Origin: Candidatus Binatia bacterium
GTDB lineage: Bacteria > Desulfobacterota > Binatia > UBA9968 > JAJDTQ01
Direction: 5' to 3'
DNA length: 64,000 nt
Assembly (NCBI GenBank): GCA_022824205.1
Contig: JAJEAI010000041.1
Coordinates: 856-64,855 of the forward strand
Every line of letters begins with the position of its first letter. Positions within the stretch are counted from its first letter, which is position 1. Of the stretch, positions 1 to 8,647 are shown in pieces. The notes under the pieces were generated by a model. That model was not told where the DNA came from. It did no database searches and was given only the letters and a program-made list of their open reading frames with translations. The translations under genes and the position numbers were made by a program.

Positions 1-870
1 GCGTGAGTCCTTCGTGTATCTCTGCTTGACGATGAGCGTCAGGCCGAGCGTCGGACCCAGACCCTCTTGCCGCACGTCCACGTTCGCCCCGCTCCTGACG
101 ATGTGTGCGCGCTCCTTGAAGCGTGCGATCACGGTGTCGACAGCCGAGAGTTGCCCGGGCCAACCGGCGTCCTGGAGCCAGGCGCGCAGTTCCTCCCCCG
201 CCTTGAAGCCCATGACCGCCAGGCGGATGGACCGTTCGCGTGACGGGAAGACACCGAACGAATCCAGGCGCGTATCCTCCGGCTGCGCCAGGTAGACCCG
301 TTCCACGTTCTCCCGTTCGGCGCCGTTCCTCTCCCAACCGACGCAGGACACGAGCGCATCCACCACCGTAACGACGTCATCCACCTGGCCGCCGGCTCCG
401 ACGATCGGGCGTTCGCCGGGGCGCAGGAACATTCCCGGGTGCGTACGCTCCCGGTCCCGGGCCGAGCCGATGTCGTATTCCAGCATCAGCTTGCGGCCGA
501 CGATGTCCCGCAAGGGCGAGACTTCGGCATCCATTTCGCCGAACAACCGCGTGATGGCTACCGCCGTCGCGTCCGCCTCGTCGGTCCGCGCGCGCTCCCG
601 GAAGAACGCCGCCGTTCGGGTGCCGCTCGCCAGGGAGGCGCCGAAGTCGGCCTCCGGCGCCGGCTCATGAAGCGGCAGCTCGAGGCCGAACGGCAGGGCG
701 CCCATGGTAATGGGGAGTCGTGCGGCGCACTCGAGGATGCGCTGCCATTGCGGGTCGCCCACGAGGACAGGCGCAACCCTGTTCCGGAAGTGCCCGAGCA
801 AGTCCGCCATGGTGGCGCCCTCTTGAGCGAGACGCTCCTGGGTCAGCGTGACGGCCTCGTCGATCTCCAT
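1..870 (-). CDS. Hypothetical protein, partial (N-terminal 290 aa; runs off the window start), translationally coupled to the YcaO heterocyclase gene
   Basis: Hand translation of the reverse complement gives an open frame from ATG at 870 (MEIDEAVTLTQERLAQEGATMADLLGHF...AVMGFKAGEELRAWLQDAGWPGQL...) with no stop before position 1. GGAG sits 9 nt downstream of the YcaO stop (880-882), immediately before this ATG. I see no recognisable family motifs. The ORF is absent from the track because it has no stop in the window. Confidence 0.55.
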   Translation of the reverse strand, partial: MEIDEAVTLTQERLAQEGATMADLLGHFRNRVAPVLVGDPQWQRILECAARLPITMGALPFGLELPLHEPAPEADFGASLASGTRTAAFFRERARTDEADATAVAITRLFGEMDAEVSPLRDIVGRKLMLEYDIGSARDRERTHPGMFLRPGERPIVGAGGQVDDVVTVVDALVSCVGWERNGAERENVERVYLAQPEDTRLDSFGVFPSRERSIRLAVMGFKAGEELRAWLQDAGWPGQLSAVDTVIARFKERAHIVRSGANVDVRQEGLGPTLGLTLIVKQRYTKDSR

Positions 871-879
871 GTCGTCTCC

Positions 880-3198
880 TCAAGCGATGACGGGCAAGGG
901 GTTCAAGTCGGCTTCGGCGAGAGGGTGCTCGCGGCGGCCCATGCGCACCGGTACATCGTAAAGGCGCCCGGGTGCGAACCGCGCCCAGAAATGGCGCATG
1001 CCCGGCACCATCACCCGCACCACCGGCATGCCGATGTCGGGCCGGGTCTGGTCCAGCACCAGGAACTCCATCCCCCGGGCTTCCACCAGCCCGCGGCAAA
1101 CCTCCACGTCGGCGCGCGCGTCGGGCGATTCGATCATCGCATAGCTCGACGCCTTGCGCGCGGGAACGCCGTCCGCGGGGGCCAGCCAGGAGCAGTCGGC
1201 CACTCGCGCCGTCCGCCACCACCAGAGAGCCAGCGGGTCATCGATCATGGGCCGGCCCTCGCCGCTCCCGGGACGCGGCAGCCAGGTGAGGCACTGGTTC
1301 AATTCGCAGACCGCTCGCAGCGCCGCGATGCGCGGGTCGGCGTGGGCGCCGGCGCCGTAAATGATGTCCTCGGTCTTCGCTTCCGGCCTGCGTGACAGCG
1401 CCACGAACGCGGGAACACCGATATCCGAGGTGACGTCGAGCATCCACAAGTCCCGCTCGTAACGGGCGTAATGGTCCGCGGCCGTCGCGAGGTACGCGTC
1501 GTCGAAGCTCGCGAGATCCACCGCGGGCACCCGCAGGCGGTTGTACCACCAGATGGCGAACGCATCGCGTTCGGCCAGCTCATAGAAGCCCTGCACGATG
1601 GCCTCTTCCAGCGTATTGCCCGCCGCGCAGCCATTGGAGTCGGCGATCAGGTCCGAGGCGCCGCGCTGTTCGGCCGGCATGCTGTAGAGCATGGACGTCG
1701 GCAGATGGCGATGGCACTGCCGCGTCAGCGACCACACCGGGGTCCAGTCGATTTCGGCGTCCGGGTCGAGACGCGGCGGCACCACGTTGTAGGGATGGCC
1801 GCGCGCGTTGATGCTCTCCGCGTTGTCGAGCTGATGGTCGCTGAAGAGCTGCACGTCGTTGGGATGGATCGCCTCTCCTCCCCCGGCCAGCTCGGAGAAG
1901 CGTTTGCGGACGCGGATCTCGTCGCCGTGAAAGGCGCCCGAATAGCGCTCCACCGCCTCGCACAGCGCGCTGACCTCGGACTGTTCGCGCGTGCTGCCCT
2001 TGCCCGCGCTCTTGCTGCGCAGGCTGCGCCTGAGCGAGGTCAGGCTCCGGCTTCTCATGCCGAGGTTGCTCCCGGCCCAATGGACATGCAGCCAGGTGTC
2101 GGCCTCGCCGGTGGTGCGCGAAAGCCAGGTCACGACACCGCTGATCCGGCTCACCAGGTGGCGGTACTTCGCCAGGGTGACCTCCGGCGCCACGGTGTGC
2201 GCGCCGCCGCTGTTGCGGTGGACCTTGGGACTCGCCTTCAGACGCAACGGCACCGGCGGTCGATCCGGTCGATACAACGCCTCGTCGCCGCAGGCCGGGC
2301 ACTGCGGACGGCGCATCACCCGATGCCGCGAACTCGCGAAGGTGCCGACATCCATCGCGATGGCGTGTTGGTGAATCGGCGCGGCCTCATCCAGCACCAG
2401 CCATTTGACGATCTCCGCCGCCATCAGCCCGTAGAGCGCATCCAGCACCGCGGGCTGCGCCGCGAACGGCTTGAAGGCAGCCTCGTCGCCGGCAACGTTG
2501 CGCAGAAAACCGTGGACCTCCTGATGGTTGCGCAAGCGGTACGCCAGACAGTCCCAGCAAGGTCCCTGTCTGTCCGCGCGAAAGACGGGACCGAACAGCG
2601 CCTCCATGCCCCGCGGCCGCACCAGCGTCCACGGCGTCCTCGCCTCGAGCCGGCGCCGGTTCACTGCCCCAAGGTGTGCGTCGAGATAATCGTCGCAGAC
2701 GACGACGGTGAGCCCGGCATCGCCGGATCCGACACGGGCGCCGCTCTCTTCCAGACGGCGGGTCAGCCGGCCGCCGTCACCCTCCACCGCGACGCGCGTT
2801 TCCGCCAGCTCTTGTTCGACCCGGCGCGGCGACGCGCCGAGCGAAGACCAGTAGGCCGCCCGGCCCCGGTCCATGCCATGGTCGGCGGACACGACATAGC
2901 CCTTGGCGGAGAGCCCGGCCACGGCCGCGAGAACGTCGGCTCCGGCATGGGCGCCGTGAAGGGCCGCGACGATCCCGTCCAGGGCTTGCCGGCCGTCGAG
3001 CAGCGGCAGCAGATCGCGGTACAGCTTGCCGTGCAGCAGAGTGTTGAACGTCTCGGAAACCAGCAGCGTCTGCCGGTCGCCGACCTCGTGGAATTGCAAG
3101 TGCGGCGCAAGCGCGGGGAGCTTGACGAGCCCCTCATCCTCGGGAGTCGTCTTGATCAGGATTCCGCGCCGGGAATTCACGTCCGTCTGGGTCGGCAT
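880..3198 (-). CDS. Fused E1-like (ThiF/MoeB-like, with N-terminal RRE) / YcaO-domain cyclodehydratase, PatD/TruD-like azoline-forming heterocyclase for RiPP biosynthesis
   Basis: 772 aa. YcaO hallmark SAGKGSTREQSEVSALCEAVERYSGAF and a C-terminal proline motif LNPLPVIA. The N-terminal half has an E1-like region (LTVVVCDDYLD, PCWDCLAYRLRNHQE with Cys pairs) and a leading wHTH-like segment (HLQFHEVGDRQTLLVSETFNTLL) typical of a RiPP recognition element. The architecture matches fused C-D heterocyclases. Confidence 0.8.
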   Translation of the reverse strand: MPTQTDVNSRRGILIKTTPEDEGLVKLPALAPHLQFHEVGDRQTLLVSETFNTLLHGKLYRDLLPLLDGRQALDGIVAALHGAHAGADVLAAVAGLSAKGYVVSADHGMDRGRAAYWSSLGASPRRVEQELAETRVAVEGDGGRLTRRLEESGARVGSGDAGLTVVVCDDYLDAHLGAVNRRRLEARTPWTLVRPRGMEALFGPVFRADRQGPCWDCLAYRLRNHQEVHGFLRNVAGDEAAFKPFAAQPAVLDALYGLMAAEIVKWLVLDEAAPIHQHAIAMDVGTFASSRHRVMRRPQCPACGDEALYRPDRPPVPLRLKASPKVHRNSGGAHTVAPEVTLAKYRHLVSRISGVVTWLSRTTGEADTWLHVHWAGSNLGMRSRSLTSLRRSLRSKSAGKGSTREQSEVSALCEAVERYSGAFHGDEIRVRKRFSELAGGGEAIHPNDVQLFSDHQLDNAESINARGHPYNVVPPRLDPDAEIDWTPVWSLTRQCHRHLPTSMLYSMPAEQRGASDLIADSNGCAAGNTLEEAIVQGFYELAERDAFAIWWYNRLRVPAVDLASFDDAYLATAADHYARYERDLWMLDVTSDIGVPAFVALSRRPEAKTEDIIYGAGAHADPRIAALRAVCELNQCLTWLPRPGSGEGRPMIDDPLALWWWRTARVADCSWLAPADGVPARKASSYAMIESPDARADVEVCRGLVEARGMEFLVLDQTRPDIGMPVVRVMVPGMRHFWARFAPGRLYDVPVRMGRREHPLAEADLNPLPVIA

Positions 3199-3295
3199 TC
3201 GTGGTTTCCGCGCCGTATCAGCCAGTGCAGGGTTCGGTTAACCCCGAGGTTTGAAAGTTGTTTGCGAAGAGCGATCCGAAGCACGCCCCCCGAAA

Positions 3296-3323
3296 CGTCA
3301 TTCCCGCGAAAGCGGGAATGACG
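3296..3323. repeat. REP-like perfect palindrome cgtcattcccgc-gaaa-gcgggaatgacg (12-bp stem, GAAA loop); single-unit copy of the window's dispersed repeat family
   Basis: Perfect inverted repeat seen directly. Same core as the copies at 8648, 56265 and 58387. It lies in the 150-nt gap between the AlkB-fusion stop and the YcaO start. Confidence 0.8.
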
Positions 3324-3350
3324 TACCCGCCAGTGCTCCTCGTCGCGCCT

Positions 3351-5747
3351 TCACGCGCGGGAAAGGAGCGTATCGATCTCGGCCGCGGCGCGGGACGCGG
3401 TTTCGGTGACCGCCGTCTTCAGCGCGTCGAAGTCCTCATGCCCGCAGGCGCTCGCCACAAGGGACTGGACCTTCGGCCCCGCCGCGGCCGCGTCAAAGCC
3501 CTCCCCGCCCACAAGGTGCGTGATGCCCTGCAAATCGCGCCACAGAGACGCGGCTTGCGCCAGCGGCTCCGCGCCCGCGCCGTGAAGCAGCGCGGCTGCG
3601 GTCGGGGCCGGATGGTCGAGGGCCGCAGCGCCGTTCGTCAACTGCAGGAAGCGCGCGGTCCGCTCCACGTCATCCAGTCCGCCGCGCATGAGGGCGTACG
3701 TGGACACGCCGGGTTCGGCGGCGGCTTGCCGTCGCTCGCGCGGCCGGCCCGTCAGCGACTCGCTCCCATCCCATCCGGCCAGGACTTCGCGCCGTGCTTC
3801 ATCGAAGCGGCGGCCGATGTCGGAGTCGCCGCACTCGAACACGCAGCGCGCCCGGGTGAGCGGGGGGATTCCGCCGGAAGCAGGCCTTCCGCCATGCTCG
3901 GCCAACTCGGCAAGGGGCAGATCCGGAAGGGGATTGGCGTCGGGCGTGATGGGCGAGAACAACAGGCTGTCCCGCGCCAGGTCGGTGAGGGTCTCACGGA
4001 AACCGCGGCACAGGCGTTCATGTTCGCCACCCATCCCGCCGTCATGGACGAACATCATGCCGACGGCAACGCCGGGATGAACCTCCCGGCTGGCGAGATC
4101 GCCCAGGAATATCGCGGCGACCCCGCCCCCGCCCAAGGGTCCGAAGCGCTCGACCACGTCCGCCGCCACGGCGCCGAGCAGGGTCGCGATCGACGCTTCG
4201 GCGAGACTGGACAGCGCGGACTTCGCCTCGGCCGGCGACAGGTTTCCGCGCACCACGTGCATGGCGACCTGAAAGGCCTTGTCGTTGGACCAGTTGCGCA
4301 CGATCTCCGCGCTTTCCCTTGCGTCCGCCGTGGGGATTTCGGCGATCAGGTCCTTCATCTCGGGGACGCCCATTTCGACCGTCCAATAGAGTCGCGCAAG
4401 CCCGCGGCGCGCGATCGCCTCGGATTCGCGATCCGGCCCGAATCCCTTCGGCAAGTCAAGATCGGTGAACTCCCGGTCCTGCAAGCTGTCCAGAAGCTCC
4501 GGATTGCGTTCGATCCATTTGGCGAGGCGCGGGGCGGCGCCGTAGATTTCGACGATGGCCTCGAAGGCTTCCGGCCGCGCCGCGGAGATCGGGCTGTCGT
4601 AGGCGCTCCAGTCATCGATCTCCGGGTAGAAATGCGCGCGCCATTGATCCACCAACGGATCCATCTTCTCGAACCAGCGCCTGGGCCGCAGCACGATGTT
4701 CATCATGTCGGCGTAGGTGCCCGGCAACACCGGCGCTTCATCCGCGCCGCGGACCTGGAGCAGCGGGTAGTGGCGAGCCGCCGCCGCATGATGATCCGCA
4801 TGGCGCTGCATGTTGAAGAACATCCAGTTGCTGTACTTCCAGTCCGCGTTCCAGGAATGGCGCGGCATCACTTTTTCCCAACGGCCGTTGGACTGACGCA
4901 CCCGGCGCAGACCGTAGTGCTGGAAGTAGTTGCTGATCTTCATGGAAAAGACGCAACTCAGGCCGAGGAAGACGAAGACCAGCACCGCCAGGATACCGCT
5001 CATCCACCACACCAGCCCATACCAGAACAATAGAGCGAGCCCGTAGCGCCAGAACTGATTGCTGTAATGCCACCGCGGCAGCCCGCGCCGCGCCAGTCGC
5101 TCGCCGGCGAATTCCCAGGAGTTGGTGACGTTGCTGACGATCTCCCTGGGGAAATAGCGCCAGAAACTCTCACCCTTCGGAGCGGACCCCACGTCGAGCG
5201 GCGTGCCCACCTTGGCGTGGTGGATGTAGACATGCTCCGTGGAGTATTGCGGATACGAGGCCGAGGCCAGCAGGAATTCTCCGAGCCGCCGTTCCCAGGC
5301 GGAGCGCCGGTGGACCAGTTCGTGACCGACCACGAAGACAGCCTGCGCTTCCATGGTCAGGAGGCTCGCCAGGATCACGGCTTCCCAGACCGCGAACTGA
5401 TTCGCGACAAGGATCTGCCACATGCCGAGAATCAGCACCGGCGGCCACAGAAACGCCCAGGTCCAGACCGGCAGATTGTGCCAGACCAGCCGGCGTTCCG
5501 GCGTGTTCTCCGGGTCCATGTTGCGGCCGTCGGGACCGAGCGCCCGATCAAGCGGCCCCACGACGCTCATGAAGAGGAATGGCGGCAACAGCCACCAGCC
5601 GCCATACATCGCGGCGGCAAGAAGCAGAGGGAAAATGCCCAGTGGCAGGTAGTGCGGCAGGGCGTTACGAATCGAGGGCTCGATCCTCCGCGTGACGTCA
5701 GCCTTGTCCGGGCTCAAGCCACCACCTGCGGCTGCATCCTGCGGCAT
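3351..5747 (-). CDS. AlkB-type integral-membrane alkane 1-monooxygenase / fatty-acid-desaturase-family hydroxylase fused to a C-terminal GlnE-like (adenylyltransferase-type) nucleotidyltransferase-like domain, possibly catalytically degenerate
   Basis: 798 aa. The N-terminal ~390 aa has His boxes HELVHRRS, EHVYIHH and NMQRHADHHA, and an AlkB-like C-terminal tail LPGTYADMMNIVLRPRRWFEKMDPLVDQW. The C-terminal ~400 aa contains ERFGPLGGGGVAAIFLGDLASREVHPGVAVGMMFVHDGG, which resembles the GlnE/GlnD NTase motif (G-K-L-G-G-R-E...S-D-x-D-L) but has AVG where the metal-binding D-x-D should be. It is one frame with no internal stop. Confidence 0.6.
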   Translation of the reverse strand: MPQDAAAGGGLSPDKADVTRRIEPSIRNALPHYLPLGIFPLLLAAAMYGGWWLLPPFLFMSVVGPLDRALGPDGRNMDPENTPERRLVWHNLPVWTWAFLWPPVLILGMWQILVANQFAVWEAVILASLLTMEAQAVFVVGHELVHRRSAWERRLGEFLLASASYPQYSTEHVYIHHAKVGTPLDVGSAPKGESFWRYFPREIVSNVTNSWEFAGERLARRGLPRWHYSNQFWRYGLALLFWYGLVWWMSGILAVLVFVFLGLSCVFSMKISNYFQHYGLRRVRQSNGRWEKVMPRHSWNADWKYSNWMFFNMQRHADHHAAAARHYPLLQVRGADEAPVLPGTYADMMNIVLRPRRWFEKMDPLVDQWRAHFYPEIDDWSAYDSPISAARPEAFEAIVEIYGAAPRLAKWIERNPELLDSLQDREFTDLDLPKGFGPDRESEAIARRGLARLYWTVEMGVPEMKDLIAEIPTADARESAEIVRNWSNDKAFQVAMHVVRGNLSPAEAKSALSSLAEASIATLLGAVAADVVERFGPLGGGGVAAIFLGDLASREVHPGVAVGMMFVHDGGMGGEHERLCRGFRETLTDLARDSLLFSPITPDANPLPDLPLAELAEHGGRPASGGIPPLTRARCVFECGDSDIGRRFDEARREVLAGWDGSESLTGRPRERRQAAAEPGVSTYALMRGGLDDVERTARFLQLTNGAAALDHPAPTAAALLHGAGAEPLAQAASLWRDLQGITHLVGGEGFDAAAAGPKVQSLVASACGHEDFDALKTAVTETASRAAAEIDTLLSRA

Positions 5748-5900
5748 AGCGGACCATACCCCCCCGGTAACGGTCCGATTTTATCACCGGGTACCGTAAC
5801 CCACAAACACGTCAAGCCCCCAAGGTGCACGACAAGAAGATGGTGAGAGGGGCAGAGGTGAAGGAGGGCACGCCGGGGTCGGTGTCCCGTGTTCAAGTTC

Positions 5901-6647
5901 TCACGGCATCACCATCCCGCCGTTCACGTGCAGGGTGGCGCCGGTGACGTAGTCGCTCTCGTCGCAGGCGAGAAAGAAGATGCCGTCGGCGATCTCCTCG
6001 GGCATGGCGGCACGGCCCATGGGGAGGCCGCCGGAGAGCTTCGCCCACTCGTCTTCGTCGTACTTGCCGCGCACGCGGTCGGTGCCGGTGAGACCGGGGG
6101 CGATGGTGTTGACGCGGATGCCGTGGGGCGCCAGCTCGCTGGCCAGGGACTTGGAGAAGGCGATGACGGCGGCCTTGGAGGCGGCGTAGTGAGTGCGCTC
6201 GCCGCCGCCGGTGACGCCGAAGTTGGAGGCGGTGTTGACGATGACGCCGTGGCCGGCCTGCTTCATGGGGGCGATGACCGCCTGAGAGCAGAGGAAGGTG
6301 GTCTTGAGGTTCAGGTCCAGGCACTCCTTCCATTGAGCGGGGGTCACGTCCTGGATCGCGCCCTTGTGGAAGGTGCCGCCGGCGAGGTTCACGAGGACGT
6401 CGATGCGGCCGCAGGCAGACAGGATGCGCTCGAAAGCGGCGGTCACCTCCGACTTGTCGGTCAGGTCCGCCTGGATGAAGCGGCCTTCCACCTGCTTCGT
6501 TTCGAGGAGGGACGCGGTGGCCGCGCCGGCTTCGGCGTCCCGGTCGAGGATGACGGGCGCGTAGCCCTCTTCGCTGAAACGGAGCACCGCGGCGCGGCCG
6601 ATGCCCCTGGCGCCTCCGGTGACGACAACCACTTTCGCATCCATCAT
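5901..6647 (-). CDS. SDR-family short-chain dehydrogenase/reductase (FabG-like)
   Basis: VVVTGGARGIGRA glycine-rich NAD(P)-binding motif and catalytic YAASKAAV (YxxxK). 248 aa. Confidence 0.85.
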   Translation of the reverse strand: MMDAKVVVVTGGARGIGRAAVLRFSEEGYAPVILDRDAEAGAATASLLETKQVEGRFIQADLTDKSEVTAAFERILSACGRIDVLVNLAGGTFHKGAIQDVTPAQWKECLDLNLKTTFLCSQAVIAPMKQAGHGVIVNTASNFGVTGGGERTHYAASKAAVIAFSKSLASELAPHGIRVNTIAPGLTGTDRVRGKYDEDEWAKLSGGLPMGRAAMPEEIADGIFFLACDESDYVTGATLHVNGGMVMP

Positions 6648-6747
6648 AAGTCCTTTGTTCCGTGAAAACCCCGGCCGGCAAGGTTACCCGCGCTCATCAG
6701 GGGTTCCCTTGGCCACCGGGCGGTCCTCCAACGCCTCGTTCACGACG

Positions 6748-7497
6748 TTACTGCATGATCGCGCCACCATTGACCACCACGGTCTGCCCGGTGACGAACC
6801 GGCCCCGGTCGCTGGCGAGGAAGACCGCCGCCTTGGCCATGTCGCGCGGCTGTCCGATGCGGCCAAGGGGAATCCGGGCGGCGCTGGCGTACAACTCCTC
6901 TTCCGTGCGGTGACCGCGGGGCTGGGCGGTGTCGGACACGCCGGGGCAGATGCAGTTGACGGCGATGCCGGCGGGGGCCAGCTCCAGGGCGAGGCTCTTG
7001 GTGAAGCCGATGATGCCGCCCTTGGAGGCGGCGTAATGGGCGCCGTTGTCCGCCCCCTGGAGCCCCCGGCCGGAGGTGATGCTGATGATGCGCCCGCTCC
7101 GCTGTGCCAGCATGTGCGGCGTCACGGCGCGGCTGCACAGGAACGTCCCGAACAGGTTGGTGCCGATGACCCGTTCCCACTCGTCCTCGGCCATGTCCTC
7201 CACCGTGCTGGTGGGGTAGATGCCGGCGTTGTTGACCAGGATGTCGACCTTGCCGAAGCGGCCGAGGCAGGCTTCCACCATGGTGTCCACGGAGGCGTCG
7301 CGGGAGACGTCGGTGGCGTGGGCGAGAGCGGTGCCGCCGGCCTCCTCGATCCGGCGTTGTACCCTGGCGGCGGTGTCTTCGCGCAACTCCGCCACCACGA
7401 CGTTCGCGCCCTCTTCCGCCATGACCAGGGCGATGGCCTCGCCGATCCCCTGCCCGCTTCCGGTGACAATGGCCGTGCGGCCTTCGAGTCTGCGCAT
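6748..7497 (-). CDS. SDR-family short-chain dehydrogenase/reductase
   Basis: Start re-derived to MRRLEGRTAIVTGSGQGIGEA (ATG at 7497); YAASKGGI catalytic motif. 249 aa. The track ORF 6748..7728 carries a spurious N-terminal extension. Confidence 0.85.
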   Translation of the reverse strand: MRRLEGRTAIVTGSGQGIGEAIALVMAEEGANVVVAELREDTAARVQRRIEEAGGTALAHATDVSRDASVDTMVEACLGRFGKVDILVNNAGIYPTSTVEDMAEDEWERVIGTNLFGTFLCSRAVTPHMLAQRSGRIISITSGRGLQGADNGAHYAASKGGIIGFTKSLALELAPAGIAVNCICPGVSDTAQPRGHRTEEELYASAARIPLGRIGQPRDMAKAAVFLASDRGRFVTGQTVVVNGGAIMQ

Positions 7498-7761
7498 GAG
7501 GATGCTATTTAGAACCTTCCAGCCGCGTTGGCAACATGGCCCCACCTCGCCCCCTCCTGGATACCCGCTTCGGACGGGGTCGAGGGCAAGCCTGCGCGGG
7601 AATGACGGAAGGAAGAGCGGGAATTGACGGAGGAGAGCACCGTCACGACCGGGGAGCGCGCGGCAACGGCCGGGAGAAGAACGCGGAAGCGGCCGAGGAG
7701 AAAGCGCGGGAGGGACCGGAGGAGGCACCGGGACGATGTTTCACCGAGGAGACAGGACAGC

Positions 7762-8556
7762 ATGAACACGGCAGTGCCGCTCGACATCCGCAACGTCTCC
7801 TACTCGGCGGGGCAGCGCACGATTCTCGACTCCATCGAGTGGACCGTGCGCCAGGGCGAACACTGGGTGATCCTGGGACCCAACGGCTCGGGCAAGACCA
7901 CGCTGCTGAAGATGGCGTGCGGGTACCTGTGGCCGAACCAGGGGGGCACCGTCTACCGGAACGGCAGCCGGCGGGTGGATCTTCGCGAGCTGCGCAAGGG
8001 CATCGGCTGGGTCACGGTCACCCTGGCCTCGCAGATCCCCGCCCGGGAACCCGCGCTGCGAACGGTGGTGTCGGGAAAATTCGCGCAGATCGGCCTGCTG
8101 GAGATGTCGACGGTCCGGCCCGTGGAGGAGGACTTCGCGCGGGCCGAGACTCTCATGGAACGCATGGGCTGCCTGCGCCTGAAGGACCAGGGGTTTGGAA
8201 CCCTTTCCCAGGGGGAGCAGCAGAAGGTGCTCATCAGCAGGGCATTGATGGCCCGTCCCTACCTGATGTTCCTGGACGAGCCGTGCGCGGGCCTGGATCC
8301 GGGGGCGCGGGAGAGCCTGCTGGCCGCGCTCCAGGAACTGGGGCGCACCACGGACGCCACCGCCCTGGTCTACGTCACCCACCACATCGAGGAGATCCTG
8401 CCCGCCTTCGAGAAGACGCTGGTGCTCAAGGGCGGCCGCGTGTTCCGCTCGGGCGAGACGGGAAAGGTCATCACCGAGACGCTGCTGGAAGAGCTTTACG
8501 AGACGCCGCTCGCGCTGAGGCGGAGCAACGGGCGGTACTGGACCGTGGGTGGGTGA
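7762..8556 (+). CDS. ABC transporter ATP-binding protein (single ATPase, YlmA/ModF-like), no adjacent permease
   Basis: Walker A GPNGSGKTTLLK, signature LSQGEQQKVLISRAL, Walker B LMFLDEP. Start taken at MNTAVPLDIRNVSY (ATG 7762) rather than the track's 7624. Confidence 0.8.
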   Translation: MNTAVPLDIRNVSYSAGQRTILDSIEWTVRQGEHWVILGPNGSGKTTLLKMACGYLWPNQGGTVYRNGSRRVDLRELRKGIGWVTVTLASQIPAREPALRTVVSGKFAQIGLLEMSTVRPVEEDFARAETLMERMGCLRLKDQGFGTLSQGEQQKVLISRALMARPYLMFLDEPCAGLDPGARESLLAALQELGRTTDATALVYVTHHIEEILPAFEKTLVLKGGRVFRSGETGKVITETLLEELYETPLALRRSNGRYWTVGG

Positions 8557-8647
8557 ACGGTGACGCCCATGCCCCTGGTGTCGCGTCGTGTCCAATGAAT
8601 TCAATCAGTTACAGACGTCCGTCTTCGTCACTCCCGGCCCTCCGATC

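Noticed and set aside
3026-3241. 71-aa Cys/Ser-rich ORF considered as a candidate RiPP precursor for the YcaO
   Set aside because: It is entirely antisense to the YcaO gene's 5' end, has no RBS or leader-like region, and its Cys/Ser richness reflects the GC-rich antisense frame.
1471-3321. 616-aa plus-strand ORF, and similar long ORFs (439..1395, 3258..5033, 20232..22169 upstream half, 30804..32384 upstream part, 31139..33079, 34112..36487, 52071..54002, 58723..60726 and others)
   Set aside because: They are antisense or out-of-frame shadows of well-supported genes in high-GC DNA, with low-complexity Arg/Ala/Gly/Pro-rich translations and no domain signatures. The real genes on the opposite strand or frame have strong motifs and RBSs.
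3351-5747. Whether the AlkB-like and GlnE-like parts are two adjacent genes
   Set aside because: No stop codon or alternative RBS and start is found at the junction. The AlkB C-terminal consensus runs uninterrupted into the extension in the same frame, so I treat it as a fusion, pending read-level confirmation.
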